Source of the DNA: Candidatus Scalindua sp.
Lineage (GTDB): Bacteria; Planctomycetota; Brocadiia; Brocadiales; Scalinduaceae
Assembly: GCA_031316235.1 (NCBI GenBank)
Contig: JALDRA010000001.1
Location: 420,001 to 452,000 of the forward strand
Length of the DNA stretch: 32,000 nucleotides
Direction of reading: 5' to 3'
Below are positions 8,288 through 17,464 of this stretch, piece after piece. The translations under genes and the position numbers were made by a program. The notes below the pieces were generated by a model. That model saw only the letters and a program-made list of their open reading frames with translations, had not been told where the DNA came from and searched no databases. Position 1 is the first letter of the stretch, and each line of letters begins with the position of its first letter.

Positions 8288-8347
8288 ACAATTCCTCCCT
8301 TTTATAACTTTTCAGGCACGGATGCACACCCATTAAGACGTTAACCA

Positions 8348-8695
8348 TCATTCACTATCTTCAATCTTCTTCCGGAGTTTTTTCTTCACAGATCTTTTCC
8401 TCTTGCTCTGATGCACGTGCTGTTTAACGTAGCGGGGTTCTTTTGTTGGAATCCGCTCTTTCTCCTCAATATTCAGCTCTAACAATTTTACCTGCAGTCT
8501 CTTGAGGGCAAGCTCTCTGTTTCTTATCTGTGAGCGTGACTCTGTTGCAATTATCCTGATACCCGTTGGTTTATGCAGCAACCTTACGCAGGACATAGTC
8601 TTGTTCTTATGCTGCCCGCCCGGTCCGGAGCTCTTGAAACAATCTATCTCCACCTCTTTCCTCAGATTTCTTAAATCAATTGAGTATCTTTCCAT
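8348..8695 (-). CDS. arfB: Alternative ribosome-rescue factor ArfB-like (GGQ peptidyl-tRNA hydrolase domain with basic tail)
   Basis: 115 aa. SSGPGGQHKNKTMSCVRLLHKPTGI (GGQ motif) is followed by a Lys/Arg-rich C-terminal tail, as in YaeJ/ArfB. Confidence 0.78.
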   Translation of the reverse strand: MERYSIDLRNLRKEVEIDCFKSSGPGGQHKNKTMSCVRLLHKPTGIRIIATESRSQIRNRELALKRLQVKLLELNIEEKERIPTKEPRYVKQHVHQSKRKRSVKKKLRKKIEDSE

Positions 8696-9055
8696 TCACT
8701 ATCGAATTTGTGCATCCCCTGCACAGAAAAACGTGGTTCCCTGATTTATTGACATTAAGATGAAAATTCAATCTAATCAGCCCTCTTCATCAGGGCAACT
8801 CCCCCTTTAATGGGAAGGTTTTGTCTTCAGACGGAAGCCCGGGGGGCTGTTCTTCGTAATTTCTCCTCTATAGCATTTTAAAACTCTTTGACCCAGACGA
8901 AAATACTGAGTTATATTTCCTCACCATACGACAGTTTACAATTATTGTATCTCAATTCAATGAAAAACTTTCTGGCGAATACTGAAAAAAAAGTGGAAAT
9001 CTCCAAAAGTTTTGTTTACTGTCCGTCACAATGAGTTATAATCTGGATTAATGAG

Positions 9056-9114
9056 TATACTCATCTTGCAAGGGCTTTCACAAAAAATCCGAAAACCATT
9101 ATGAGATGAGTATA
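9056..9114 (+). repeat. Family-1 repeat, isolated Y-module variant (copy 4)
   Basis: Reads tatactcatcttgcaagggctttcacaaaaaatccgaaaaccattatgagatgagtata. The ends are TATACTCATCT/AGATGAGTATA. The right half matches the ..ATCCGAAAACCATTATGAGATGAGTATA variant also seen in copies 6 and 7. Confidence 0.8.
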
Positions 9115-9171
9115 TACATAATTTATCAAGAGTGCACAGCACCGAGAAACACTATTTCGAGAGGATTGAAG

Positions 9172-9591
9172 ATGCCAAAGGCTATTATGAAAACGGAAAA
9201 AGGTACCATCAATTTAGAGCTTTTTGAAAACGATGCCCCTGAAACTGTAAAAAATTTTATCAATCTGTCAAAGAAGGGATTCTATGACGGATTAACCTTC
9301 CACCGGGTAATTCCAAATTTCATGATCCAGGGAGGCTGCCCTGACGGAACGGGTATGGGAGGACCAGGCTACAAGATCAAATGTGAAATCAATACACAGC
9401 TGCATACTCCCGGCACACTCTCGATGGCGCATGCGGGCAAAGATACAGGGGGAAGTCAGTTCTTCATCACGCATGTCGACACACCTCACCTTGATGGAGT
9501 TCATACTGTCTTCGGACGTACCCGGGATATGGATGTTGTCAATCAGATTCAAGTTGGAGATACGATAGAATCGGTAACCATTGAAGATTGA
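9172..9591 (+). CDS. Peptidyl-prolyl cis-trans isomerase, cyclophilin type
   Basis: [32 protein letters not shown]...[15 protein letters not shown]...[19 protein letters not shown] is canonical cyclophilin. The start is set at ATG 9172 (SD GAGAGGA 5-6 nt upstream). The track start at 9106 lies inside the repeat (gagATGagtata). Confidence 0.9.
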   Translation: MPKAIMKTEKGTINLELFENDAPETVKNFINLSKKGFYDGLTFHRVIPNFMIQGGCPDGTGMGGPGYKIKCEINTQLHTPGTLSMAHAGKDTGGSQFFITHVDTPHLDGVHTVFGRTRDMDVVNQIQVGDTIESVTIED

Positions 9592-9657
9592 GCTTCCGCC
9601 AATCCTGCTGGTTGTTCATGTGCAAAAAATCAAGCCCTCAGAGAAAGTCCGGGGAAA

Positions 9658-9739
9658 GTCCTCGGCGCCTGGTTGTCCGGGGATGCCATTAACCAGGCTT
9701 TGGTTTTTGAAAAATCTAACACCAGATCGGTTTTAGTAT
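9658..9739 (-). repeat. Family-1 repeat, degenerate fragment: linker insert plus X-module (copy 5)
   Basis: Reads gtcctcggcgcctggttgtccggggatgccattaaccaggctttggtttttgaaaaatctaacaccagatcggttttagtat. It matches the reverse complement of the long-form linker plus X hairpin. It is more diverged than the other copies. Confidence 0.75.
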
Positions 9740-9885
9740 CTCTTTAATAATCGAATCCATGCCAGAAAATTATTCCCACAGACTGCCATTAAGGATGCTG
9801 TCATCGGTAAGATAGCATGAAGCAATAAAAGAGCTCTTTTTTCTCCTGCCCGGCGAGAGTCCGTTCCCGTGACTTTCTCTGACCG

Positions 9886-10836
9886 TTATTCCAGGCGCAC
9901 TTCCCCAATATAGACCGTTCTCCCTGCAAAGGGTTCAAGCGTGTAGATAACAAGATACCGTACACGCCAGTCAACGATATTTCGTTGCGGAAGGAAATCA
10001 TCGATTGGGACCCGCAGAGAATTAACACCGGGACTCAATTGAAATCCCTGATAGAAATTTTCGGTACTGTGATGCTCACGGTGACGGGATTGAATGCGGG
10101 GTCTCACGCTTATGTTCAGCGGCAGACCCTGTTGTGAGTCGTTAAAGAGCTCTACCACAAGGTGTGAATAAGAACTCCAGTCCGGTAGAGGCTCCTTCAG
10201 GCTGATACCAGGCCAGGTTTGATCTGCAAACCTGATCTTCAGAACCTTCCTATCCCGGTACGCTGACCAGCTGCAGGGGGCATCAACAATCTCGACGTCG
10301 CTCTCTGTTGACATGGTAACGTAATCCAGAAACCAGTCAAAGCCTAACAGACGCGGCTGCACAGCATACACATACCCCGTAATTGTCGTAGCGATGACTA
10401 AGGGATATTGGGAAAGTGCAAGGAGAACCACTCCGGCCAGGAAAAATGCTTTGCGGGCATTCAGGAAAGAATACCGGTACCAGGCAATGAGGTGTACCGA
10501 TGCAAGTGCACCGGACATATCGAGAAAAAAGTCTTCCCAGCTTGGCTGCCGCCCGGTGAACAGCTGAAAATACTCAGTAGCTGAAGCAAGAAATCCAGCC
10601 AGGAGAAGAGTGAATAACAGCGCCGGAAAATCCCCCATACTTCTTGTGGGGATAACTGAGATAAGACGCCAGATGAGATAGGTTACGCAGGCAAACCAGG
10701 GACCATGCGCCCCATTCTGGATACCCCGTGCTATACGGCTGTCCCCACCGAAATCAATGGTCTGCTGCAAAACAAGCAGCAGAACAAAGAGGGTTACAAG
10801 GGCAAGGATCTTCTTCCTGGTTGTTATCCTGATCAT
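9886..10836 (-). CDS. VanZ-like membrane protein with unassigned C-terminal extracytoplasmic domain
   Basis: 316 aa. The N-terminal ~170 aa has several TM segments and the VanZ-type motif EYFQLFTGRQPSWEDFFLDMSGA. I do not recognise the ~140-aa soluble C-terminal part. Confidence 0.6.
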   Translation of the reverse strand: MIRITTRKKILALVTLFVLLLVLQQTIDFGGDSRIARGIQNGAHGPWFACVTYLIWRLISVIPTRSMGDFPALLFTLLLAGFLASATEYFQLFTGRQPSWEDFFLDMSGALASVHLIAWYRYSFLNARKAFFLAGVVLLALSQYPLVIATTITGYVYAVQPRLLGFDWFLDYVTMSTESDVEIVDAPCSWSAYRDRKVLKIRFADQTWPGISLKEPLPDWSSYSHLVVELFNDSQQGLPLNISVRPRIQSRHREHHSTENFYQGFQLSPGVNSLRVPIDDFLPQRNIVDWRVRYLVIYTLEPFAGRTVYIGEVRLE

Positions 10837-11524
10837 GGTTTATACCGTAATGTCCCCTCCACTGTATCCAGCAACCAATTCAGTAATCATCTTTTCTCAC
10901 TTCAGCAGGTTTTCGTAAGCTTGCCGAAAGATTTCCTGAAAGGGGTACCATTAGACAAAGATTCACGGATCCGTCTTACACTGATACAAATTTGAGCCCC
11001 TGCCTTAATGAGTTTATTGCGTATTGCGTAACAATGAGAAGTTATTTGTATACGCCCTGTTTAAATCCATAGCCTCCCACTTGTAGTATCTTGACACGTA
11101 TACCTATAGCTCCCGGTATCACAGACAGATGGATATGGCAATTTACCGGTGAGATATACGGCGAACTGGATAGACGTTAATGTTGATTTATTATACAAAA
11201 ATTTAAAATACCAACAATGAAACTGTTCTTCCTATAAAATACTGAATTCACATATCCCCCAACTCTTTATTCCATATTGACATAAAGATACCACTTTAAC
11301 CTTGAATCCTGAATTGTCAGTTAGGCAACTATTTTGCGTATACAAACTGATTCCCAGAATCCAAACAAATTCAAAGACTTACGAAAATCAGATTCTCCTC
11401 ACCCGCAGGCAGGCCTGACCTCCATTATTAAGGTTGAAGCTCTATCCATAGAGGTGTTACCACTTTAAGAGAAATAATTGCCCTGCGCAATTGTTTTCTG
11501 TCGTTTATGTAATGAGAAAATAGA

Positions 11525-12820
11525 ATGAGGATTATTATTATATTAATGGTAGTTTTTATTTTTTATACCTGCAAACCCATGATGAGTGAGGCAGACAGTC
11601 TTCCATATAGTGATTTCTCAGAAACAGAACCCTTGAAGAATATCAAGAGCCCGAAATTTCCTCCTCTCATGGGAGCATTCTGGAATAAAGGATTACTATT
11701 TAAATCTGAGGATGCAAACTTTGAGCTTAAACTGGACGGCCGTATCATGCATGAAAGGAGTTGGTTTGATGTGGACAATGATATATTGAAAAACATCGGG
11801 GATCAGGTGGAAAGTAAGGAATCCCACAGGGTAAGACTCAATCTAAACAGTGAGATTTATAAGAATACAGAATTCACGGCACAATATAACTTTGACCATG
11901 GTGGCAGTCAGAACTTCAACGATGTGTATGTGGAAGTAAAAAAAATCCCTTTCCTGGGAAATCTTCGATTTGGTCACCTGAAAGAACCTTTCAGTCTTGA
12001 AGACCAGACCCCGGGTAAATATATCACATTCATGGAACAGAGCGTAAACAGCGTTTTTGCCCAATCGAGAAACATAGGATTTATTTTATATAACCATGTA
12101 TTTAAGGATCGTATGAGATGGGCAACAAACGCATTCCGCATTACCGATGATTTTGATGATAGCAAAGGCGACAGTACTGCCGGGGACGGATATAGTTTCT
12201 CAGGTCGAATAACAGGTCTGCCAGTTTACAAAGAGAAAGGTAACAGACTGATTCATACCGGTTTTTCGTATAGTTATCAAAATGCCTTTGAAAACAAATT
12301 CAGCTTTGCATCACCTCCAGAGCGCCGCCTCGCAGATGATTTCGTAGATACCGGAGAATTTAGAGCAGAATCTGCCCATCTCTTCAACCCGGAACTGACC
12401 ATTGTCTATGGACCTTTTTCCCTGCAGTCAGAATATACGTTTGCTGATATAAAATTTGGTAGAGATACTCCAGGTCCAAACACCAGATTTACCGCATTTT
12501 ATGTATCCGTAAGCTATTTTTTAACCGGTGAGCGTAAAAAATATGATACAGAAACCGGTAAGCTTGATCGAATTAATCCGAATAAGAATTTTTATCTGGG
12601 AAAAAGTCTCGGAGCGATCGAATTAACGGCACGCTATTCAGAACTTGATTTACCCTATAAATCTGTTGCCGGTGACAAACTCAGCGACGCTACTTTAGGG
12701 ATAAACTGGTACCTTAATCCCAATACGAAGATAATCTTCAACTATGTGTATGCTGATGGAAGTAGAAGTAAAGATGGAGATGAGGACCTTGCAGCGATGC
12801 GTTTTCAATTTGATTTTTAG
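11525..12820 (+). CDS. Phosphate-selective porin O/P (OprO/OprP) family outer-membrane protein
   Basis: 431 aa. Signal peptide, alternating beta-strand pattern, GINWYLNPNTKIIFNY motif and C-terminal ...RFQFDF (terminal Phe) are typical of Porin_O_P. Confidence 0.8.
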   Translation: MRIIIILMVVFIFYTCKPMMSEADSLPYSDFSETEPLKNIKSPKFPPLMGAFWNKGLLFKSEDANFELKLDGRIMHERSWFDVDNDILKNIGDQVESKESHRVRLNLNSEIYKNTEFTAQYNFDHGGSQNFNDVYVEVKKIPFLGNLRFGHLKEPFSLEDQTPGKYITFMEQSVNSVFAQSRNIGFILYNHVFKDRMRWATNAFRITDDFDDSKGDSTAGDGYSFSGRITGLPVYKEKGNRLIHTGFSYSYQNAFENKFSFASPPERRLADDFVDTGEFRAESAHLFNPELTIVYGPFSLQSEYTFADIKFGRDTPGPNTRFTAFYVSVSYFLTGERKKYDTETGKLDRINPNKNFYLGKSLGAIELTARYSELDLPYKSVAGDKLSDATLGINWYLNPNTKIIFNYVYADGSRSKDGDEDLAAMRFQFDF

Positions 12821-13296
12821 TTCACTGCAAACCCGGAAACCCGCTCGGCGGTTCCCGCTGAGGTACTTTAGTTGCCGCGGCTAAACACAGGTATCATTAC
12901 GGTGACCCCCCTGTTACCGGCACCCTGCACCTTTTCAACCTTACATGACAACCCACCCTCAATACCGGCTTGATGGCAAGAAATTGCTTTTCAGTTTGAT
13001 ATGATGATACACAGAGAGAAAGACGAATGATTATATCAATTTATGGTAAGGGTCTGTAAGCTTTCCCCTTGTCATATCACCTGAATTAAAAAAGCACATA
13101 GCTATCTAAGAATTTTTAAGCTAGAATCAGTAAAAAGCATATTGAATGTACTATAGCCGGATTATAGTCAATCCCAGCCGAAGCAGCCGGAATCAACAGG
13201 AAAAGTAATAAGTTTTGAACTCCTTTAAAATAAATTGACAGCAGCATGACAGGCATAGTATCAGGCACGTATCGTTACGTAAAAACCCTTTAAATT

Positions 13297-14022
13297 ATGA
13301 TAGACATCCATGCACATATCCTCCCCTCTCTGGATGATGGGCCGATTACGTTTGAGGAATCAATCGAGATGTGTAAGATTGCAGCAAATGACGGCATTTC
13401 GACAATCATTGCAACACCGCATTCAAAAGATGGTGTGTATGAAGCACAGGGTAAAAATATCCTTAAATCGGTTGAGGAGCTTAATCTCCGGTTACAAGAA
13501 GCCCGCATCCATTTGAAAATACTCCCCGGAGCAGAGCTGCACATTAATGAGAGATTGCTGGAAGACATCAGAAACGGTGACGCCCTGACGATGAACAATA
13601 ACAGAAAGCATATCCTTCTCGAACTCCCCTTCTTCTTCATACCGCCAGGGACTGAAAAACTCATATTCAACCTTCAAGCGTTGGGTATTATTTCAATCAT
13701 TGCTCATGCTGAAAGGATAACCTTTTTTCAGAAGAACCCTAAATCATTACAGAAACTGGTTGATTCCGGTATAATGGTCCAGGTGACAGCCCAGAGCCTG
13801 ACCGGGTTTTTCGGTTCAAGAGAGAAGAAGTGCGCCGAACGGTTTTTAAAACAGAAGATGGTACACTTCATTGCCTCAGATGCACACTCACCCCACGACA
13901 GGCCTCCAATTCTATCGAAGGCTGTGGAAAAAGCATCCCGGATTATAGGAAAAGAAGAGGCGGAAGCCCTTGTCTTCAAAAACCCCGGACAGATTATCAC
14001 CGTGCCAGCGGAAACCAATTAA
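13297..14022 (+). CDS. PHP-family tyrosine-protein phosphatase, CpsB/YwqE-like (capsule/EPS regulation)
   Basis: 241 aa. MIDIHAHILPSLDDGP...IIATPH...IIAHAER...IASDAH are the metal-binding His/Asp motifs of CpsB-type PHP phosphatases. Confidence 0.85.
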   Translation: MIDIHAHILPSLDDGPITFEESIEMCKIAANDGISTIIATPHSKDGVYEAQGKNILKSVEELNLRLQEARIHLKILPGAELHINERLLEDIRNGDALTMNNNRKHILLELPFFFIPPGTEKLIFNLQALGIISIIAHAERITFFQKNPKSLQKLVDSGIMVQVTAQSLTGFFGSREKKCAERFLKQKMVHFIASDAHSPHDRPPILSKAVEKASRIIGKEEAEALVFKNPGQIITVPAETN

Positions 14023-14351
14023 GAGCACCAAATGGCCATGCGTAGGTTAATAAATTACAAATCTCAAATCCCGGATCGTAAATCATAATTCGGAATTTTC
14101 TGTCTTCATTGGTCAATAAATTTTTATCCCGTTCGGATCTGTTCACTGTCAGCGAAACCTGCTCAGGTTCTGAGCTGGTCTGGATGAAGGAATTTGTTTG
14201 CGTTCAATTTGTTATCATGATAGCATTTCTCCTGTTTTTCCCCTTGAATCGAGTACCTTTTGTATTCATTAGACAATTCGGGTACCGTATACTCTCTATC
14301 CCTCTTTTTCTCCAGGAGAAAAGCCGGTATTCCTGACAGTTCAGCAGTAAT

Positions 14352-15266
14352 ATGCACAAGAAAATGAAATACATAGATTGTAACTTATGCAATAGTAACG
14401 AAACGACTCTCCTGTTTGTCAAAGATGGCTTCAACCACGTAAAATGTAATTCGTGCGGTCTAATCTATGTCAACCCACGTCTGGAGGATTCCCAGGAGAC
14501 CCTGGATAGTTTTTACACATCCGGTGCGGATGCTGATAGTTTTATAAAAGATCTTCTCAAAAGAGCCTATTCTCCCAAAAGACAGAAAATATTTTCTGCT
14601 GAAATAAAAAAGATGGAAAGATACAGAAGGCTGAACAGGATTCTCGATATTGGATGTTCATTCGGGGGATTTTTATATGCGGCAAGGAATTGTGGTTGGG
14701 AAATAAAAGGGATTGAGACTGTTCAGGAAGTCGGCAACTATGGTAAAGAGCTGTACGATCTCGATATTTTCCTTGGAAAGCTGGAGGATTCGAATCTGCC
14801 ACCCTCTTCGTTTGACGTAATCAGGCTGAACAATATCATAGAGCACATACCGGATCCCTCTGAATTCCTTTCAAGAACATACCTCCTTCTCAGGAAAGGA
14901 GGGCTCTTAACCGTTTCAACAACAAATTTCGACAGCTTTTCTGTCTCACTCTGCGGGAAGGAGTGGATTTACTTTGATGGACAGCATCATATCGTCCTCT
15001 TTACTCCGGCAACCTTAAAACGGCTCCTTGAAAAGAGTGGTTTTACCACTATTGACCTCTATACAAAAGGTTTTCATATAAAGATAAAAGACCACCATGC
15101 CGGATTGATAAAAGACATGCTGTTGAAGATATCGGAAAAGATCGTGTCTCAACTTATCCCCTTTACCAAAAAAGGCCACAGGCTGAGAGTCCTGGCGGAA
15201 AAGAGATACTGTTTACCAGGACAGGCAGAGACAGATTTTGACAAAAAAATACCAGAAAAGGAGTAA
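14352..15266 (+). CDS. Class I SAM-dependent methyltransferase with N-terminal Cys4 zinc-ribbon
   Basis: 304 aa. CNLCNS...CNSCGL ribbon and SAM motif I ILDIGCSFGGF. The stop is 3 nt before the carbamoyltransferase start. The start could instead be ATG 14364. Confidence 0.8.
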   Translation: MHKKMKYIDCNLCNSNETTLLFVKDGFNHVKCNSCGLIYVNPRLEDSQETLDSFYTSGADADSFIKDLLKRAYSPKRQKIFSAEIKKMERYRRLNRILDIGCSFGGFLYAARNCGWEIKGIETVQEVGNYGKELYDLDIFLGKLEDSNLPPSSFDVIRLNNIIEHIPDPSEFLSRTYLLLRKGGLLTVSTTNFDSFSVSLCGKEWIYFDGQHHIVLFTPATLKRLLEKSGFTTIDLYTKGFHIKIKDHHAGLIKDMLLKISEKIVSQLIPFTKKGHRLRVLAEKRYCLPGQAETDFDKKIPEKE

Positions 15267-15269
15267 TAA

Positions 15270-16844
15270 ATGATTATTTTGGGAGTAACTCATCCAATTT
15301 CGTGGAACAATGGAGCATGTATCCTCGTTGACGGCCAGTTGGTTGCCATGGCAGAGGAAGAGAGGTTTAATCGTTTTAAGCATTCACCGAGGGTGCCTGC
15401 TGACTTGTCTATAGAATTTTGTCTCAACAGGGCAGGAGTGACACTCGATGATGTTGATTATATTGCCGTAGGATGGGAATCTTCGAAATTTAAAAGCAGC
15501 AAAAAAAGATTTGTGTGGGATTTCCTCCTGAAACAACTGCCATTCAGTCATAAAAATAACAAGATAAGGTTTGTAAATCATCATGTTGCCCATGCATTAA
15601 GCTCTTATTATGTCTCTGGATATGATCATTCAAATATCATATCACTGGATGGTTATGGCGGCAGCGAATCAGGTATCCTGGCAATTGGAGAGGGTGATAA
15701 ACTCAGGGTAGTCAAGTCAATACCGAACAAAAACAGCTGGGGTCACCTGTACGGTGAAATCACAAGAGTGCTGGGTTTCCAATCTCACAGCGATGAAGGA
15801 AAGGTTATGGGACTTGCAGCATACGGGCAACCGATTGAAAATGAATTTACCTTCATCGACTGGGATAACGATATACCCGTAATCGATAAAAAAGGTTTCA
15901 AGAAATACCTCTCCGGTATCGAACCAAGGAAGAAGGAGGAAGCCTTGAACCAGCATCATAAAGACATGGCTGCAACGGTACAGCATACACTTGAGAGGGC
16001 GGTTTTGCAGATGAGTTCCTATCTCCTTGACATATCGAAGTCTAAAAACCTGTGTCTGTCGGGTGGATGCGCCTTAAACTGCTCAATGAATGGCGTACTT
16101 TTACGGTCAGAATATGTCGATAATATATTTGTCCAGCCTGCGGCCCATGATATAGGTACGGCATTAGGAGCTGCCCTCAGCGTATATAAAGATGTAGTTG
16201 GACACAGGCCTGATATTGTCCTTGAACATCCCTATTACGGGCCGGATTACTCCAATAAAGAAGTTGAACACGATTTAAAGAAGTACAAGCTGAATAATTA
16301 CAAGTATTGTAATACTATCGCGGAAGAGACTGCCGCATTGATTGCGGAGAATAAGACGGTAGGCTGGTTTCAGGGCAGGATGGAGTTTGGCCCAAGAGCA
16401 CTGGGAGGGAGAAGCATCCTTGCAAATCCAAAGAACAGGGATATGAAGGACATTGTAAACAAAAGCATAAAGGGAAGAGAACCATGGCGGCCCTTCGCCC
16501 CGTCATTTCTGGCAGAAGATTGCAGTGATTACGTAAAAAATCCTTACAATTCGCCATTCATGATCATCGCTTTTGAGGCCAGAGAGGAAAAAGTTTCTGA
16601 TATAGCATCAGCCGCACATGTGGATAATACCATAAGAGTGCAGACAGTAAGAAAAGAGGTCTCTCCAAAGTATTGGGACTTGATACATGAATTCAAAAAG
16701 ATTACGGGAGTTCCTGCACTCCTTAATACCAGTTTCAATGTGGCTGGTCAGCCGATAGTCTGCTCACCCCGCGATGCAATAATGACATTTTTCGGCTGCG
16801 GTCTTGACTATCTTGCGATAGAAGACTATCTCGTCTGGAAGTAG
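15270..16844 (+). CDS. Carbamoyltransferase, NodU/CmcH family
   Basis: 524 aa. MIILGVTH..NGACILVDGQLVAMAEEERFNRFKH, ...VNHHVAHALSSYY and ...LNTSFN are hallmark motifs of NodU/CmcH O-carbamoyltransferases. Confidence 0.88.
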   Translation: MIILGVTHPISWNNGACILVDGQLVAMAEEERFNRFKHSPRVPADLSIEFCLNRAGVTLDDVDYIAVGWESSKFKSSKKRFVWDFLLKQLPFSHKNNKIRFVNHHVAHALSSYYVSGYDHSNIISLDGYGGSESGILAIGEGDKLRVVKSIPNKNSWGHLYGEITRVLGFQSHSDEGKVMGLAAYGQPIENEFTFIDWDNDIPVIDKKGFKKYLSGIEPRKKEEALNQHHKDMAATVQHTLERAVLQMSSYLLDISKSKNLCLSGGCALNCSMNGVLLRSEYVDNIFVQPAAHDIGTALGAALSVYKDVVGHRPDIVLEHPYYGPDYSNKEVEHDLKKYKLNNYKYCNTIAEETAALIAENKTVGWFQGRMEFGPRALGGRSILANPKNRDMKDIVNKSIKGREPWRPFAPSFLAEDCSDYVKNPYNSPFMIIAFEAREEKVSDIASAAHVDNTIRVQTVRKEVSPKYWDLIHEFKKITGVPALLNTSFNVAGQPIVCSPRDAIMTFFGCGLDYLAIEDYLVWK

Positions 16845-17202
16845 CAGTTCTTTAGTGAACCCGAGAAACTATTTGTAAATCATTAGTGTTCACGGGTTCA
16901 CCTTAGGATTATGGAATTCGGATTGCAGAATAAGAAATAATAGTTCACCCAAGAGATTAAAAAAGAAAAGGCGATAGAAAGTATAAAAAAGAATTGGACT
17001 ATTAATTTCCTTTAAAATTTTCGTTCTGGTGAATTCTTACGACTGGAAAACAAAATTTGTCAGGAAAACAGTTTTTTTTTCTACAGACTTTTGAGTATCT
17101 TTAGCGGTACACCCTGATCTTCTGCTCCATAGAATCCTTTCATTGCTTTTCCTCTTCGATAACCATGTTCTCTCATAACAGTAACAACTGAAAACGTATT
17201 AT

Positions 17203-17315
17203 TATACTCATCTCATAATGGTTTTCGGATAAAATCCAAGCTAAAACGAAGCGAATATAACTGCTACCAAGATTTGGTTTTTCAAAAAGCCTGAAACCAA
17301 ATCGGTTTTAGTATA
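17203..17315 (-). repeat. Family-1 bipartite hairpin repeat, short form, divergent copy 6
   Basis: Reads tatactcatctcataatggttttcggataaaatccaagctaaaacgaagcgaatataactgctaccaagatttggtttttcaaaaagcctgaaaccaaatcggttttagtata. The X hairpin keeps a 10-bp core with a remodelled apex. Confidence 0.88.
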
Positions 17316-17342
17316 ACGTACTCTGGAGGAACCGTAAACAGT

Positions 17343-17464
17343 GGTTGAACGCAAACTGCCCAGATACAAGGCGCGTAAGAATTTCGTTACCGGAGCGTAC
17401 TCAAGTACGTGAGGATCACGAATTTCTTACAGCAACGCAGCAGCTGGATAGTTTGCGTTCAACC
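17343..17464 (+). repeat. Family-2 122-bp long-hairpin element, copy 1
   Basis: Perfect 15-bp terminal inverted repeat ggttgaacgcaaact/agtttgcgttcaacc. Inner 13-bp stem gtaagaatttcgt/acgaatttcttac. Conserved apex accggagcgtactcaagtacgtgaggat. About 80% identical (97/122 by hand alignment) to 29440-29561. Confidence 0.88.

Noticed and set aside
8748-9042. Promoter-like hexamers (TTGACA at 8748; TTTACT-16-TATAAT at 9015-9042) upstream of the cyclophilin gene
   Set aside because: The first lacks an acceptable -10 and is over 400 nt from any start. The second is plausible but overlaps sequence related to the repeat terminus (ATGAGTTATA). The support is too weak to list as a feature.
11498-11515. 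CTGTCGT-TTAT-GTAATGA as a Pho box upstream of the OprO/P-like porin
   Set aside because: Only the first half-site resembles CTGTCAT. The second half is unrelated.
14786-14796. GGATTCGAATC, a tRNA T-arm-like motif
   Set aside because: It is embedded in the methyltransferase coding frame, with no acceptor or anticodon stem pairing around it. I found no tRNA anywhere in the window.
16855-16901. GTGAACCCG...CGGGTTCAC inverted repeat after the carbamoyltransferase stop as a terminator
   Set aside because: It has a 9-bp stem but a 29-nt loop and no downstream T-tract. I did not call it a terminator.
17108-17203. 31-codon minus-strand ORF (MREHGYRRGKAMKGFYGAEDQGVPLKILKSL) in the convergent gap
   Set aside because: It is too short, has no SD, and I could not substantiate any family match.
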